64,000 nucleotides of DNA from an uncultured Pseudomonadota bacterium (lineage in GTDB: Bacteria; Oederibacteriota; Muellerivitia; Muellerivitales; Muellerivitaceae): positions 128,001 through 192,000 of the forward strand of contig CAWIIP010000005.1 of assembly GCA_963836235.1 (NCBI GenBank). The letters run 5' to 3'. A model generated the notes under the pieces. It worked only from the letters and a program-made list of their open reading frames with translations, had not been told where the DNA came from and searched no databases. Below, piece by piece: positions 55,103 through 64,000 of this stretch (the stretch's first letter is position 1; each line of letters opens with the position of its first letter). The position numbers were made by a program, and so were the translations under genes.

Positions 55103-56116
55103 TTGCACTTGCGGCCCCAATTATCCTCCATCCGTGCCCGTTTCGGATACCCCTATCACCAATGGATGACCCAGGAATTCAACGAAGCCGGTTGGAACCT
55201 CGTCCAAAAAAGCCTGTCCCAAAAACGAACTCACGACGTAACCATGTTAATTGAGGGCCCTGATGGCCGTTTCGCCCTCATGAGCAAGCACAGTTACCCG
55301 CCTGGCATCTTCCGGTCACCTTCCGGCGGAGTCCATCCAGGCGAGGATATTGCGGCGGGCGCCCTTCGCGAAGCCAAGGAAGAGACCGGCTTGAACATCG
55401 AATTAAAACGTTTCCTGCTCCATATCACCCTCGACATCAGTTACAAGGATGAAATCGCCACCTGGGACTCATACGTTTTTTATGCCACTACCCGCGATAC
55501 CCAATTGAAACCTACGGACTTAAAGGAAGTCAAAGACACCCGCTGGGCGGGCAGGGAGCATTTGATATCAATGGTGACCATGCTCAAGGAAACCGGGAAT
55601 GGAGGGCTTATTTATCGAGGCGAACTTACCGCCGCTTCCCTCTGGGCGTTAGATAACCCCTTGGCATTCCGGGAAGCCACGTCCCGCGACATGCCCGGCA
55701 TCGCCCATTCGCTGATCGCCAATAAGCTGGCGGTTTCCCAAGCCGAGCAAACCTATTGGTGGATCGCCGAGATACAGGGCCTGACCTCCGGCACGGTCGG
55801 CATCACTCCCCACGCCGATTGTACGGAACTGACAGGTCTGACCGTCGATCCCCTTTTCCGAGGCCGTGGCCTTGGCCACGCCATGGTGGAATATGCCTGC
55901 GACCAATGGCACAGCCCGCTGAAACGAAAGAAACTGACCGAAGGCAAGGTGGTTTTGAACGACAAGCTCTGGTTGACGACCGCCACGCCCGGTTATTTCC
56001 TGCCGGTCAATTTCATCCTGACTGACCCGGGCCTTATGCCCAAAAGCCTGAAGGAACAGCTCACCGGCTTCCGCTCCAAGTGGCAGGGCATGCGGTACCA
56101 GATGTACAAACTCTAA
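55103..56116 (+). CDS. NUDIX hydrolase-GNAT acetyltransferase fusion
   Basis: Nudix box GGVHPGEDIAAGALREAKEETGL; GNAT motif A VDPLFRGRGLG; TTG start after GGGAG. Confidence 0.82.
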   Translation: MHLRPQLSSIRARFGYPYHQWMTQEFNEAGWNLVQKSLSQKRTHDVTMLIEGPDGRFALMSKHSYPPGIFRSPSGGVHPGEDIAAGALREAKEETGLNIELKRFLLHITLDISYKDEIATWDSYVFYATTRDTQLKPTDLKEVKDTRWAGREHLISMVTMLKETGNGGLIYRGELTAASLWALDNPLAFREATSRDMPGIAHSLIANKLAVSQAEQTYWWIAEIQGLTSGTVGITPHADCTELTGLTVDPLFRGRGLGHAMVEYACDQWHSPLKRKKLTEGKVVLNDKLWLTTATPGYFLPVNFILTDPGLMPKSLKEQLTGFRSKWQGMRYQMYKL

Positions 56117-56153
56117 CCTTAACAACCCCCACAAATTTCGGGAGAAAACCGGG

Positions 56154-56525
56154 ATGAATCCAATCCTTAAAAAATTGTTTTTAAAGGGTCAAAATCCCCT
56201 ATTACTCAAACACTCCCAACGAATTCGGGAAAACCGCGGATGCTTTTGGTGTAACGGTCGATACCAGTCCTAAAGGCCAATATGGATTTATCCTGGCTTT
56301 CACCCATTCTCAAAATGACGCAAAAAAATCGCCAAGAGGGTTTCCAAGGCCCTGGCCAAAGGTGGAATCTTCTGGATGGCTTATCCAAAGGGCGCTTCCA
56401 AGAAATACAAATCGGACATCAATCGTGACACAGGAAATGCCCTCATGCAAAAGCTTGGTTTTAAGGGCGTGTCATTGATAGCAACTGATGAAAATTGGTT
56501 GGCAATGCGGTTTAAAAGAAGTTAA
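56154..56525 (+). pseudogene. doubly frameshifted small gene (DUF3052-like)
   Basis: MNPILKKL... then out-of-frame YGFILAF, then WMAYPKGASKKYKSDINRD...DENWLAMRFK*. Confidence 0.65.
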
Positions 56526-56537
56526 AACGAAAAAGTT

Positions 56538-59500
56538 TTAATGAGTCACTAAAACCTTTGTCGTGTGGGTTCCACTGGCGTCACTAAACACCAAAATATA
56601 AATTCCACTCGCGACTTTTCGGCCCGTGGCATTGGTTCCATTCCAAATGTACCTATGCGTGAATCCCGTTATCTGTCGCCCAACAGTGGCGGCCAAAGCC
56701 GAGGAAACAGGGTTCAAAGTGCCCACCAATTCACCCGTAATACTGTAAACGTTTAAGGTTGAACCCGTAACCTGAACGTCCGTAATGGTAATAGTCGAAC
56801 TGGATTGGCTTGAACTAAGGATATTGGGGGCCGCCACAAGGGAAGTCGTCGGGGCTACATCCTGGGAGCTCACAAGCGCACCCGCGACGCCAGGAGTCGC
56901 CACACCCGGAGTAATCGTCCCGGAAGGAGTAGTGGTTGGGGTTCCAGTAACCGTAGGAGTCGAAGTGATAGTTAATGTGTTTGTCGCCGTCACGGTATTT
57001 GTAGGCGTATTGCTGGCCGTCACCGTCGGCGTGTTCGTAATGGTGCGAGTGTCAGTGGGGGTCAAAGTAACTGTCGGAGTATGAGTATCCGTCGCGGTGT
57101 GCGTGGGTGTCCTGCTATCGGTCACAGTTGGCGTATTCGTAATGGTACGAGTGGCGGTGGGAGTTGAAGTGACCGTCGGAGTATGGGTGTTTGTCGCGGT
57201 GTTCGTGGGCGTCCGAGTATCCGTTATCGTTGGTGTGTTTGTAATCGTACGTGTATCAGTAGGTGTTGAAGTAACTGTAGAAGTATGTGTGTTCGTCGCT
57301 GTGCTCGAAGGTGTCCTGCTATCCGTCACCGTTGGCGTGTTCGTAATGGTATGAGTGTTAGTCGGAGTCGGCGTCACCGTCGGAGTATGTGTATCCGTCG
57401 TGGTTCCCGTGGGCGTCCGGGTATCCGTCACCGTCGGCGTATTCGTAATGGTGCGGGTGTCGGTGGGTGTAGAAGTGACTGTCGGTGTATGTGTATCTGT
57501 CGCGGTATTCGTGGGCGTCCTGCTATTCGTTACCGTCGGCGTATTTGTAATGGTGCGCGAGTCAGTTGGAGTCGAAGTGACCGTCGGCGTATGAGTGTCA
57601 GTTGCGGTGTTTGTAGGTGTCCTGCTGTTGGTCATCGTCGGCGTGTTCGTAATAGTGCGGGTGTTGGTGGGTGTCGAAGTAACCGTCGGTGTATGCGTGT
57701 CCGTCGCGGTATTCGTGGGCGTCCGGGTATTCGTCACCGTCGGGGTGTTTGTCACGGTATGAGTCGACGTCGGAGTATGTGTGTTCGTCGCGGTGCTCGT
57801 AGGTGTCCTGCTATCCGTCACCGTCGGCGTGTTCGTAACGGTGTGGGTAGCGGTCGCAGTATGGGTATTCGTCGGAGTTGATGTCGGGGTATGGGTATGA
57901 GTATTCGTCGCTGTGTTCGTAGGGGTACGGGTGTCCGTTACTGTCGGGGTGTTCGTCACGGTATGAGTCGACGTCGGAGTATGTGTGTTCGTCGCGGTGC
58001 TCGTAGGTGTCCTGCTATCCGTCACCGTCGGCGTGTTCGTAACGGTGTGGGTAGCGGTCGCAGTATGGGTATTCGTCGGAGTTGATGTCGGCGTTCGGGT
58101 ATGAGTATTCGTCGCTGTGTTCGTAGGGGTACGGGTGTCCGTTACTGTCGGGGTGTTCGTCACGGTATGAGTCGCCGTCGGAGTATGTGTGTTCGTCGCG
58201 GTGTTTGTGGGCGTCCGGGTATCCGTCACAGTCGGGGTGTTCGTGACGGTGTGGGTAGCGGTCGCAGTATGGGTATTCGTCGGAGTTGATGTCGGCGTTC
58301 GGGTATCCGTCACCGTAGCCGTATTAGTAGGGGTCCTGGTGTCGGTCACCGTTGCGGTGTTCGTCGCCGTGTGTGTAGGCGTGTGGGTATTAGTGATCGT
58401 CGCTGTGTTCGTCGGTGTCCGGGTGTCTGTTACTGTCGGGGTGTTCGTCACGGTATGAGTCGCCGTCGGAGTATGCGTGTTCGTCGCGGTGTTTGTGGGT
58501 GTCCGGGTATCTGTCACAGTCGGGGTGTTCGTGACGGTGTGGGTAGCGGTCGCAGTATGGGTATTCGTCGGAGTTGATGTCGGCGTTCGGGTATCCGTCA
58601 CCGTAGCCGTATTAGTAGGGGTCCTGGTATCGGTCACCGTTGCGGTGTTCGTCGCCGTGTGTGTAGGCGTGTGGGTATTAGTGATCGTCGCTGTGTTCGT
58701 CGGCGTCCGGGTGTCTGTTACTGTCGGGGTGTTCGTCACGGTATGAGTCGCCGTCGGAGTATGCGTGTTCGTCGCGGTGTTTGTGGGCGTCCGGGTATCC
58801 GTCACCGTCGCCGTATTCGTTGGAGTCCGCGTGTCGGTTACCGTCGGGGTTTTTGTCGCCGTGCGCGTAGCCGTGTGGGTATCAGTGACCGTCGCCGTGT
58901 TCGTCGGGGTCCGGGTATCCGTCACCGTTGCCGTATTCGTCGGGGTCCTGGTGGCGGTCACGGTATCCGTATTCGTCGGTGTATTCGTTATCGTGTGAGT
59001 ATCGGTCACCGTCGCTGTATTCGTCGGAGTCCGGGTATCCGTCACCGTCGCGGTGTTCGTCGCCGTATGTGTAGGTGTGTGGGTGTCGGTCACTGTCGGC
59101 GTGTTCGTTGTCGTATGGGTATCCGTTACTGTCGCCGTATTCGTCGGAGTCCTAGTGGCGGTTACCGTATCCGTGTTCGTCGGTGTGTTCGTTATCGTGT
59201 GGGTATCCGTCACCGTCGCCGTGTTCGTCGGAGTCCTGGTGTCGGTCACCGTCGCCGTGTTCGTCGCCGTGTGTGTAGGCGTATGAGTATCGGTCATCGT
59301 CGGTGTGTTTGTTATCGTATGGGTGTCGGTTACTGTCGCCGTATTCGTTGGAGTCTTAGTGGCGGTTAACGTATCCGTGTTAGTCGGCGTATTCGTTATC
59401 GTGTGAGTGTCCGTCACCGTCGCCGTATTCGTCGAAGTCCTGGTGTCGGTCACCGTTGCGGTGTTTGTCGCCGTATGTGTAGGTGTGTGGGTGTCGGTCA

Positions 59501-60668
59501 CCGTCGGTGTGTTTGTTATCGTATGGGTATCCGTTACTGTCGCCGTATTCGTCGGAGTTCTGGTGTCGGTCACCGTCGCGGTGTTCGTCGCCGTGTGTGT
59601 AGGCGTATGAGTGTCGGTCATCGTCGGTGTGTTTGTTATCGTATGGGTATCCGTTACTGTCGCCGTATTCGTCGGGGTCCTAGTCGCGGTTAACGTATCC
59701 GTGTTAGTCGGCGTATTCGTTATCGTGTGAGTGTCCGTCGCCGTCGCCGTATTTGTCGGGGTCCGGGTATCAGTCACCGTCGGCGTATTTGTAACGGTAT
59801 GTGTGTCTGTCGGAGTACCAGTGGGTGTTCGAGTATCCGTTACCGTTGGCGTATTCGTTATCGTATGGGTATCAGTTGGGGTTGAAGTCACTGTTGGGGT
59901 ATGCGTATCCGTCGGTGTACCGGTAGGCGTCCTGGTATCCGTCACTGTCGGGGTATTCGTGATCGTATGCGTATTAGTGGGTGTCGGAGTTACTGTCGGA
60001 GTATGTGTATCCGTCGGAGTACCGGTAGGCGTCTTAGTATCCGTCACCGTAGGCGTATTCGTAATCGTATGCGTATTTGTTGGTGTCATAGTGATCGTGG
60101 ATGTATGCGTGTCTGTCGGAGTTCCCGTAGGCGTCCTGGTATCCGTCACTGTCGGGGTATTCGTGATCGTATGCGTATTAGTGGGTGTCGGAGTTACTGT
60201 CGGAGTATGTGTATCCGTCGGAGTACCGGTAGGTGTCTTAGTATCCGTCACCGTAGGCGTATTCGTTGGTGTCATAGTGATCGTGGGTGTATGCGTATCT
60301 GTCGGAGTTCCCGTAGGCGTCCTGGTATCCGTCACTGTCGGGGTATTCGTGATCGTATGCGTATTAGTAGGAGTTGAAGTCACCGTCCGTGTACGGGTAT
60401 TCGTCACGGTGTTCGTGGGGGTCTTGGTATCCGTCACTGTCGGTGTGTTAGTAATCGTACGCGTGTTCGTAGGAGTTCTGGTGGCCGTCGGTGTAGGGGA
60501 GTCCGTTGGGGTACCAGTAATAGTGGGAGTTGAAGTGTCTGTTCCACTTGAACCAGTCGCAGCGAGGATATAGCCGGAAGGAGCGAGAACAAAAGCCAAA
60601 CTGAAAACGAAAATAAGGGGAAAAGCAGTTGGGAAAACATCCGACGTTTTTAATTTTAAATTTCGCAT
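56538..60668 (-). CDS. secreted (Thr-x)n repeat protein with C-terminal FlgD-like Ig domain
   Basis: Hydrophobic N-terminus, ~1200 aa with Thr at alternate positions, then [27 protein letters not shown]. Confidence 0.85.
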   Translation of the reverse strand: MRNLKLKTSDVFPTAFPLIFVFSLAFVLAPSGYILAATGSSGTDTSTPTITGTPTDSPTPTATRTPTNTRTITNTPTVTDTKTPTNTVTNTRTRTVTSTPTNTHTITNTPTVTDTRTPTGTPTDTHTPTITMTPTNTPTVTDTKTPTGTPTDTHTPTVTPTPTNTHTITNTPTVTDTRTPTGTPTDTHTSTITMTPTNTHTITNTPTVTDTKTPTGTPTDTHTPTVTPTPTNTHTITNTPTVTDTRTPTGTPTDTHTPTVTSTPTDTHTITNTPTVTDTRTPTGTPTDTHTVTNTPTVTDTRTPTNTATATDTHTITNTPTNTDTLTATRTPTNTATVTDTHTITNTPTMTDTHTPTHTATNTATVTDTRTPTNTATVTDTHTITNTPTVTDTHTPTHTATNTATVTDTRTSTNTATVTDTHTITNTPTNTDTLTATKTPTNTATVTDTHTITNTPTMTDTHTPTHTATNTATVTDTRTPTNTATVTDTHTITNTPTNTDTVTATRTPTNTATVTDTHTTTNTPTVTDTHTPTHTATNTATVTDTRTPTNTATVTDTHTITNTPTNTDTVTATRTPTNTATVTDTRTPTNTATVTDTHTATRTATKTPTVTDTRTPTNTATVTDTRTPTNTATNTHTPTATHTVTNTPTVTDTRTPTNTATITNTHTPTHTATNTATVTDTRTPTNTATVTDTRTPTSTPTNTHTATATHTVTNTPTVTDTRTPTNTATNTHTPTATHTVTNTPTVTDTRTPTNTATITNTHTPTHTATNTATVTDTRTPTNTATVTDTRTPTSTPTNTHTATATHTVTNTPTVTDTRTPTNTATNTHTPTATHTVTNTPTVTDTRTPTNTATNTHTRTPTSTPTNTHTATATHTVTNTPTVTDSRTPTSTATNTHTPTSTHTVTNTPTVTDTRTPTNTATNTHTHTPTSTPTNTHTATATHTVTNTPTVTDSRTPTSTATNTHTPTSTHTVTNTPTVTNTRTPTNTATDTHTPTVTSTPTNTRTITNTPTMTNSRTPTNTATDTHTPTVTSTPTDSRTITNTPTVTNSRTPTNTATDTHTPTVTSTPTDTRTITNTPTVTDTRTPTGTTTDTHTPTVTPTPTNTHTITNTPTVTDSRTPSSTATNTHTSTVTSTPTDTRTITNTPTITDTRTPTNTATNTHTPTVTSTPTATRTITNTPTVTDSRTPTHTATDTHTPTVTLTPTDTRTITNTPTVTASNTPTNTVTATNTLTITSTPTVTGTPTTTPSGTITPGVATPGVAGALVSSQDVAPTTSLVAAPNILSSSQSSSTITITDVQVTGSTLNVYSITGELVGTLNPVSSALAATVGRQITGFTHRYIWNGTNATGRKVASGIYILVFSDASGTHTTKVLVTH
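56930..60530 (-). repeat. hierarchical coding tandem repeats
   Basis: Short TNTPTVTDT(R/H) units plus higher-order duplications offset 288 bp (58189 vs 58477) and 204 bp (57881/58085/58289; 59923/60127). Confidence 0.85.
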
Positions 60669-60870
60669 CAATAAAGCTTTCAGGCTTTTTGAGAAAAGCA
60701 AAAATATAGCTGGTTGAATAACTAACGCCGAATTGTACACCTACTTGAGCCAGAAAAGGCTCTGACAGAAAATAAATTTATGAGTGAAAAAACTAACTTT
60801 ATAAGAATTTCCCTGGAAAACTTGGTGTTAACTACCAAAACTTATTAATTAAGGTCAGAAAATTATTCAA

Positions 60871-61581
60871 TTATGAAGACGGAGGCAAAGGCCTTCGTTT
60901 CCAAGCGGAAACCCACCGCATACCCAGCCAACCCACCAGCCAAGAATAGAGAAGAACAGGCAGAAAGTGCTCCAAACACACATGGTACAGGTTATGGCTG
61001 TCACAATGGAGGGTAATTAGGCCCAAGCCCAAAAGAAAAGAGGAAACACCCGACCACAAACCCACCCGTCTGGCGTTCAAGGGGGCGTTCTTTCTTACAA
61101 GTATCCCTAATCCAACCCAAAAAACCGACCCTAGGAGAAAAACCACCACGAAACAGGGCATAGGGGTGATATGGTCCAGGTAATTCTCAGCCTTCCAGGG
61201 AAGAAAAAGCACGAACAAAAGTCCTGCCCCCACCCCCAACAAGGCGGACAATCGAAATTCCCATTTCCCCAATTGTTCCCCACCCGGAAAGCTAGCCTCA
61301 ATTGCCCCCCAAGCCGCCAGGGCGGCGCCCAGGAAAATAAAAAGCATCATTAAGTCAAAGGGGAAGGACTTTAAATTGAGCGAAAGGTCCGTCCGAAGAG
61401 GCATGAAGAAAGAAAAGAGGGAAATAACAACCACGATGATCACCAGCCAAGACAACCATTGGCTGAGGGGTGCCGCGGCGGGTTTAACCGGTCTCAATCC
61501 ATGCGCAAGGCGCTCCATCGCCTTTTGATGGATGGCTGGCATCCCCTTTTCCGCCTTAAGTTTAGAGATCGGCTTTTTCAT
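60871..61581 (-). CDS. NrsF/DUF1109-family anti-sigma membrane protein
   Basis: LRPVK, multiple TM helices, APL, LHC..H; overlaps the ECF sigma stop. Confidence 0.82.
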   Translation of the reverse strand: MKKPISKLKAEKGMPAIHQKAMERLAHGLRPVKPAAAPLSQWLSWLVIIVVVISLFSFFMPLRTDLSLNLKSFPFDLMMLFIFLGAALAAWGAIEASFPGGEQLGKWEFRLSALLGVGAGLLFVLFLPWKAENYLDHITPMPCFVVVFLLGSVFWVGLGILVRKNAPLNARRVGLWSGVSSFLLGLGLITLHCDSHNLYHVCLEHFLPVLLYSWLVGWLGMRWVSAWKRRPLPPSS

Positions 61582-62141
61582 GGCTTTACGCGCTTCTCCA
61601 ACAATATTTTTTTCAACCGGGCGTAGCCACGGTGGGCCCGGACTTTGAGGGCGCTTATCGAAAGATTCAACGACTTTGCGGCTTCCTCAACCGTGAGTCC
61701 CTCGATCTTTAGCATTTCCACCGGCTTGCGCAAACTTTCTGGCAATTGTGCCAGCGCCTGGTGCAATTCATCCCCCAAACTTCCGTCCAACTCTTCCCTG
61801 TTGCCTGTTTCCGGCAGGATTTCCACCGGCACTTCCTTCTCAGCGAATTTTCGGTTTCGGCCGATCGCGTCCAGGAAAGCGTTGTGGGCGAGAGTGAAAA
61901 GCCAGGGAGCAAAGGGCCGGTCGGTCAGGTAACTATGGCGGGCCCGGTGCAAAGTGAAAAGCACCTCCTGGTACACGTCATCTACCATCGACTTGTTGAA
62001 AACCCTGCGACGGACATAGGAATAGAGAAGGGGCCCGATTTCATTGAGAAGCATCCGGTAGGTTTCCTCATCGCCTTCCTGGACCCGTTTCATCATTTGG
62101 GACCAGGATTGCCATTGGGTCGGACTGGCTTTCAAAAGCAC
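61578..62141 (-). CDS. ECF RNA polymerase sigma factor
   Basis: DDVYQEV, PFAPWL, ALKVRAHRG. Confidence 0.92.
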   Translation of the reverse strand: MLLKASPTQWQSWSQMMKRVQEGDEETYRMLLNEIGPLLYSYVRRRVFNKSMVDDVYQEVLFTLHRARHSYLTDRPFAPWLFTLAHNAFLDAIGRNRKFAEKEVPVEILPETGNREELDGSLGDELHQALAQLPESLRKPVEMLKIEGLTVEEAAKSLNLSISALKVRAHRGYARLKKILLEKRVKP

Positions 62142-62181
62142 TCCTTGAGGATTACGGTTTGAACTAGGGAGAGGTTACGGA

Positions 62182-62880
62182 TTATCCGATTAAATCCAAT
62201 GTTTCCTTCAACTCGGTGAGTCGGCAGGTGTAAATAGGCGTATCACGAACGGTGTATTTGGAACCCTCGGTTTCCCGCAAGGCCATGACCAAATCCAGGA
62301 AATCCCCGGGGGTATCGGTCTCAAAAGCCACCACGAAATCCTGGTCGTCCAAACCGAAAGAATAAGTAGTGTTCAATTTAACCGAGGGATAAAGGTTCCC
62401 TACCCGGATATGCTCGTCCATTACTTTTTGGCGTGCTTCCTTGGAAAGCAGATACCATTCGCGGCTTTTCACAAAAGGATAGATAAAGATGTATTTGAAC
62501 CGACCCGGATAAATATTGGTTCTGGATTCTTCCGAACCGCCCACATGCTGGTGCTTATCAATATAGGTGCTTCTTTTGGTCATGGCCAGATAGGAAGCGG
62601 GCGTCTTGAGGTAAGGCCCCATGGCCGACTTCATCAAAGCCGAGCTTTGTTTTTGGATGGCGTCCAGGTCGTAACTGATGCGCCAAAGCATTAAGTCCAC
62701 ATCCGACCGAAAACCGACCGTTGAATAAGAAAGCAAAATACCGTCTTTCTTAAAGGTCTCGGCAGCCTCCAGAAAAGACTTCTTGGCCGACTCCTTTTCG
62801 GCGGTCGGAAGCTTGTGAAACTCCTCGGATATCTTATAGAAGGCAAAGCTGACAAATTGGCGTTTAGTCGGATCGGCCAT
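62182..62880 (-). CDS. chlorite dismutase-family protein, probably coproheme decarboxylase ChdC/HemQ
   Basis: YPFVK..EWY, MDEH, SFGLDD, LRETE. Confidence 0.8.
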   Translation of the reverse strand: MADPTKRQFVSFAFYKISEEFHKLPTAEKESAKKSFLEAAETFKKDGILLSYSTVGFRSDVDLMLWRISYDLDAIQKQSSALMKSAMGPYLKTPASYLAMTKRSTYIDKHQHVGGSEESRTNIYPGRFKYIFIYPFVKSREWYLLSKEARQKVMDEHIRVGNLYPSVKLNTTYSFGLDDQDFVVAFETDTPGDFLDLVMALRETEGSKYTVRDTPIYTCRLTELKETLDLIG

Positions 62881-62959
62881 GATTTACCCCTGACGAGAAT
62901 GAATTGAGAGGCGGTATTTTAGGCCGTAAGCCGCCAAAAAGCAAAAGGCTTGGCGTTTA

Positions 62960-64000
62960 TCATTGTTCCCGGATTTGAAGCTCGGCCACCGGCACGAAAC
63001 GCGGATCGGCGATGGGATAAAGGCTGTGGGTCACGGGCCAAAGGCCCTCCTTCCACGAATCCGACGCGGTCGTCGAGAACTGAACCACCGCGTCGCTCTC
63101 CCCCCGGCCCAGGAACTTATCCAAGTTCTGGTAACCGTTGCGCTCATAGAATTCGCGGTTGAAGGATTCTTTCCCGACTTCTCTTGGCGGCAGCCTTTTT
63201 TGGAGGCCTATCGTTAAGGCATAGTTTCCCGGTGGGAAATCCGACGGGATAAACAAAATCCGCTTATCTTCCAAAAGTGTTCCCGATTTGAGTTGGGCCA
63301 AGTAACCCGCCGGCGCCTCATGGATATCATGAAGCCAGAAAACCCCGTTTTTCATCCAGTAGTCCCCTTTCGGATCGATGAAAATTCCCACTACCATGTC
63401 CGACGAATCCTGAGGACCAGCCTTACGGCGAACCCAACGGTAATTCAGTTCCACGATATCCCCTGGCTTCACCTGACGCGGCCATATGTCAACGCCCTGC
63501 AATTCGATGCCGCCCCAAGCCACTAAAGGCTTTTCGTCCGGGGCCTTCTTTTTAAGGGCCGCCTCGATCCCATTGGGAACAACCGTCATCAAGGGCCCCC
63601 AGCTCCGGTAAGACCAATTCGGCGGCAAAGCCCATTGCCGGGTCACGTAAAGAGGCCGATCCTGGCTGAGACACTCATGGATTTGGGGGGCTATTCGGGA
63701 AGGATCCGTGCCGGGTTCAAGAATTCCAATATCTTTCCGGAATCCGAAGGACTGTTGGTAACCCACCACGGGGAAGTACTCATTTTCTTCTGAAGGAACA
63801 TAAAGGGCGTTCGGCTTCATGATCGTGAGGAGGTTATGGGCGTAATCCTCCGCACCTTTTTCTTTTTTCCGGTCCCAAAAATGTCCCACTTGAGAGAACT
63901 GGGCTAATAAAAAAGCAGCCAAAAGCGCGTCCACGAATACCAGGCGCAAATATCCTTTTTCAAAAAATCTTTCCACCAGGACAAGGGGAAAGACCGCCAA
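62960..64000 (-). CDS. C-terminal part of a DUF2723/TMEM260-like membrane glycosyltransferase (5' end outside the window)
   Basis: AEDYAHNLL..MKPNAL....ENEYFPV..YQ....RKDI pattern after a TM helix, then an Ig-like C-terminal domain. Confidence 0.55.
   Translation of the reverse strand: MAVFPLVLVERFFEKGYLRLVFVDALLAAFLLAQFSQVGHFWDRKKEKGAEDYAHNLLTIMKPNALYVPSEENEYFPVVGYQQSFGFRKDIGILEPGTDPSRIAPQIHECLSQDRPLYVTRQWALPPNWSYRSWGPLMTVVPNGIEAALKKKAPDEKPLVAWGGIELQGVDIWPRQVKPGDIVELNYRWVRRKAGPQDSSDMVVGIFIDPKGDYWMKNGVFWLHDIHEAPAGYLAQLKSGTLLEDKRILFIPSDFPPGNYALTIGLQKRLPPREVGKESFNREFYERNGYQNLDKFLGRGESDAVVQFSTTASDSWKEGLWPVTHSLYPIADPRFVPVAELQIREQ

Noticed and set aside
56930-60530. Repeats considered as a CRISPR array
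   Set aside because: They are in-frame coding repeats with no unique spacers, and no cas genes are present
56785-60573. Val-rich and Arg-rich plus-strand ORFs
   Set aside because: They are antisense or shifted readings of the Thr repeat gene
1-64000. Taxonomic assignment (Thr-rich FlgD-tailed proteins suggest an FCPU426-like candidate lineage)
   Set aside because: This is an impression only; it needs an rpoD or rpsB phylogeny

Overview
A 64-kb chromosomal window from a diderm (LPS-making) bacterium. Housekeeping blocks: kdsD-kdsC-lpxL-lptC-lptA-lptB followed by a CDP-alcohol phosphatidyltransferase and ino1; rpsU-yqeY-mpg-mutS2-dnaG-rpoD; rpsB-tsf-pyrH-frr-uppS-cdsA-galK-like. Other genes: sulfite/nitrite reductase, a xylose cluster (xylA, lacI, sugar-binding protein, M24-like, xylB), GH35/42 and GH92 glycosidases, an ECF sigma/NrsF pair, a ChdC/Cld-family protein and a ~1380-aa (Thr-x)n repeat protein. 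Most notable: (1) Two divergent copies of an unnamed cassette, a RelE/ParE-like FPPExW gene followed by a ribbon-helix-helix gene with its own direct-repeat promoter. Each copy sits between duplicated pieces of a host gene (xylB 3' end; tRNA-Ile2 5' half), and no integrase is present. (2) A tRNA-Ile(CAU) with a 221-nt group I intron, whose duplicated upstream half preserves the intron-less junction. (3) An arsI/cadI-aquaglyceroporin-arsC operon under a ZntR-type MerR promoter and a MerR with two vicinal Cys pairs, with no ArsR. (4) An in-frame Cys-rich extension upstream of EF-Ts. (5) A GalK paralog lacking the catalytic Asp. No CRISPR array, rRNA, transposase or integrase was seen. All calls are from motif recognition by eye; no database searches were run.
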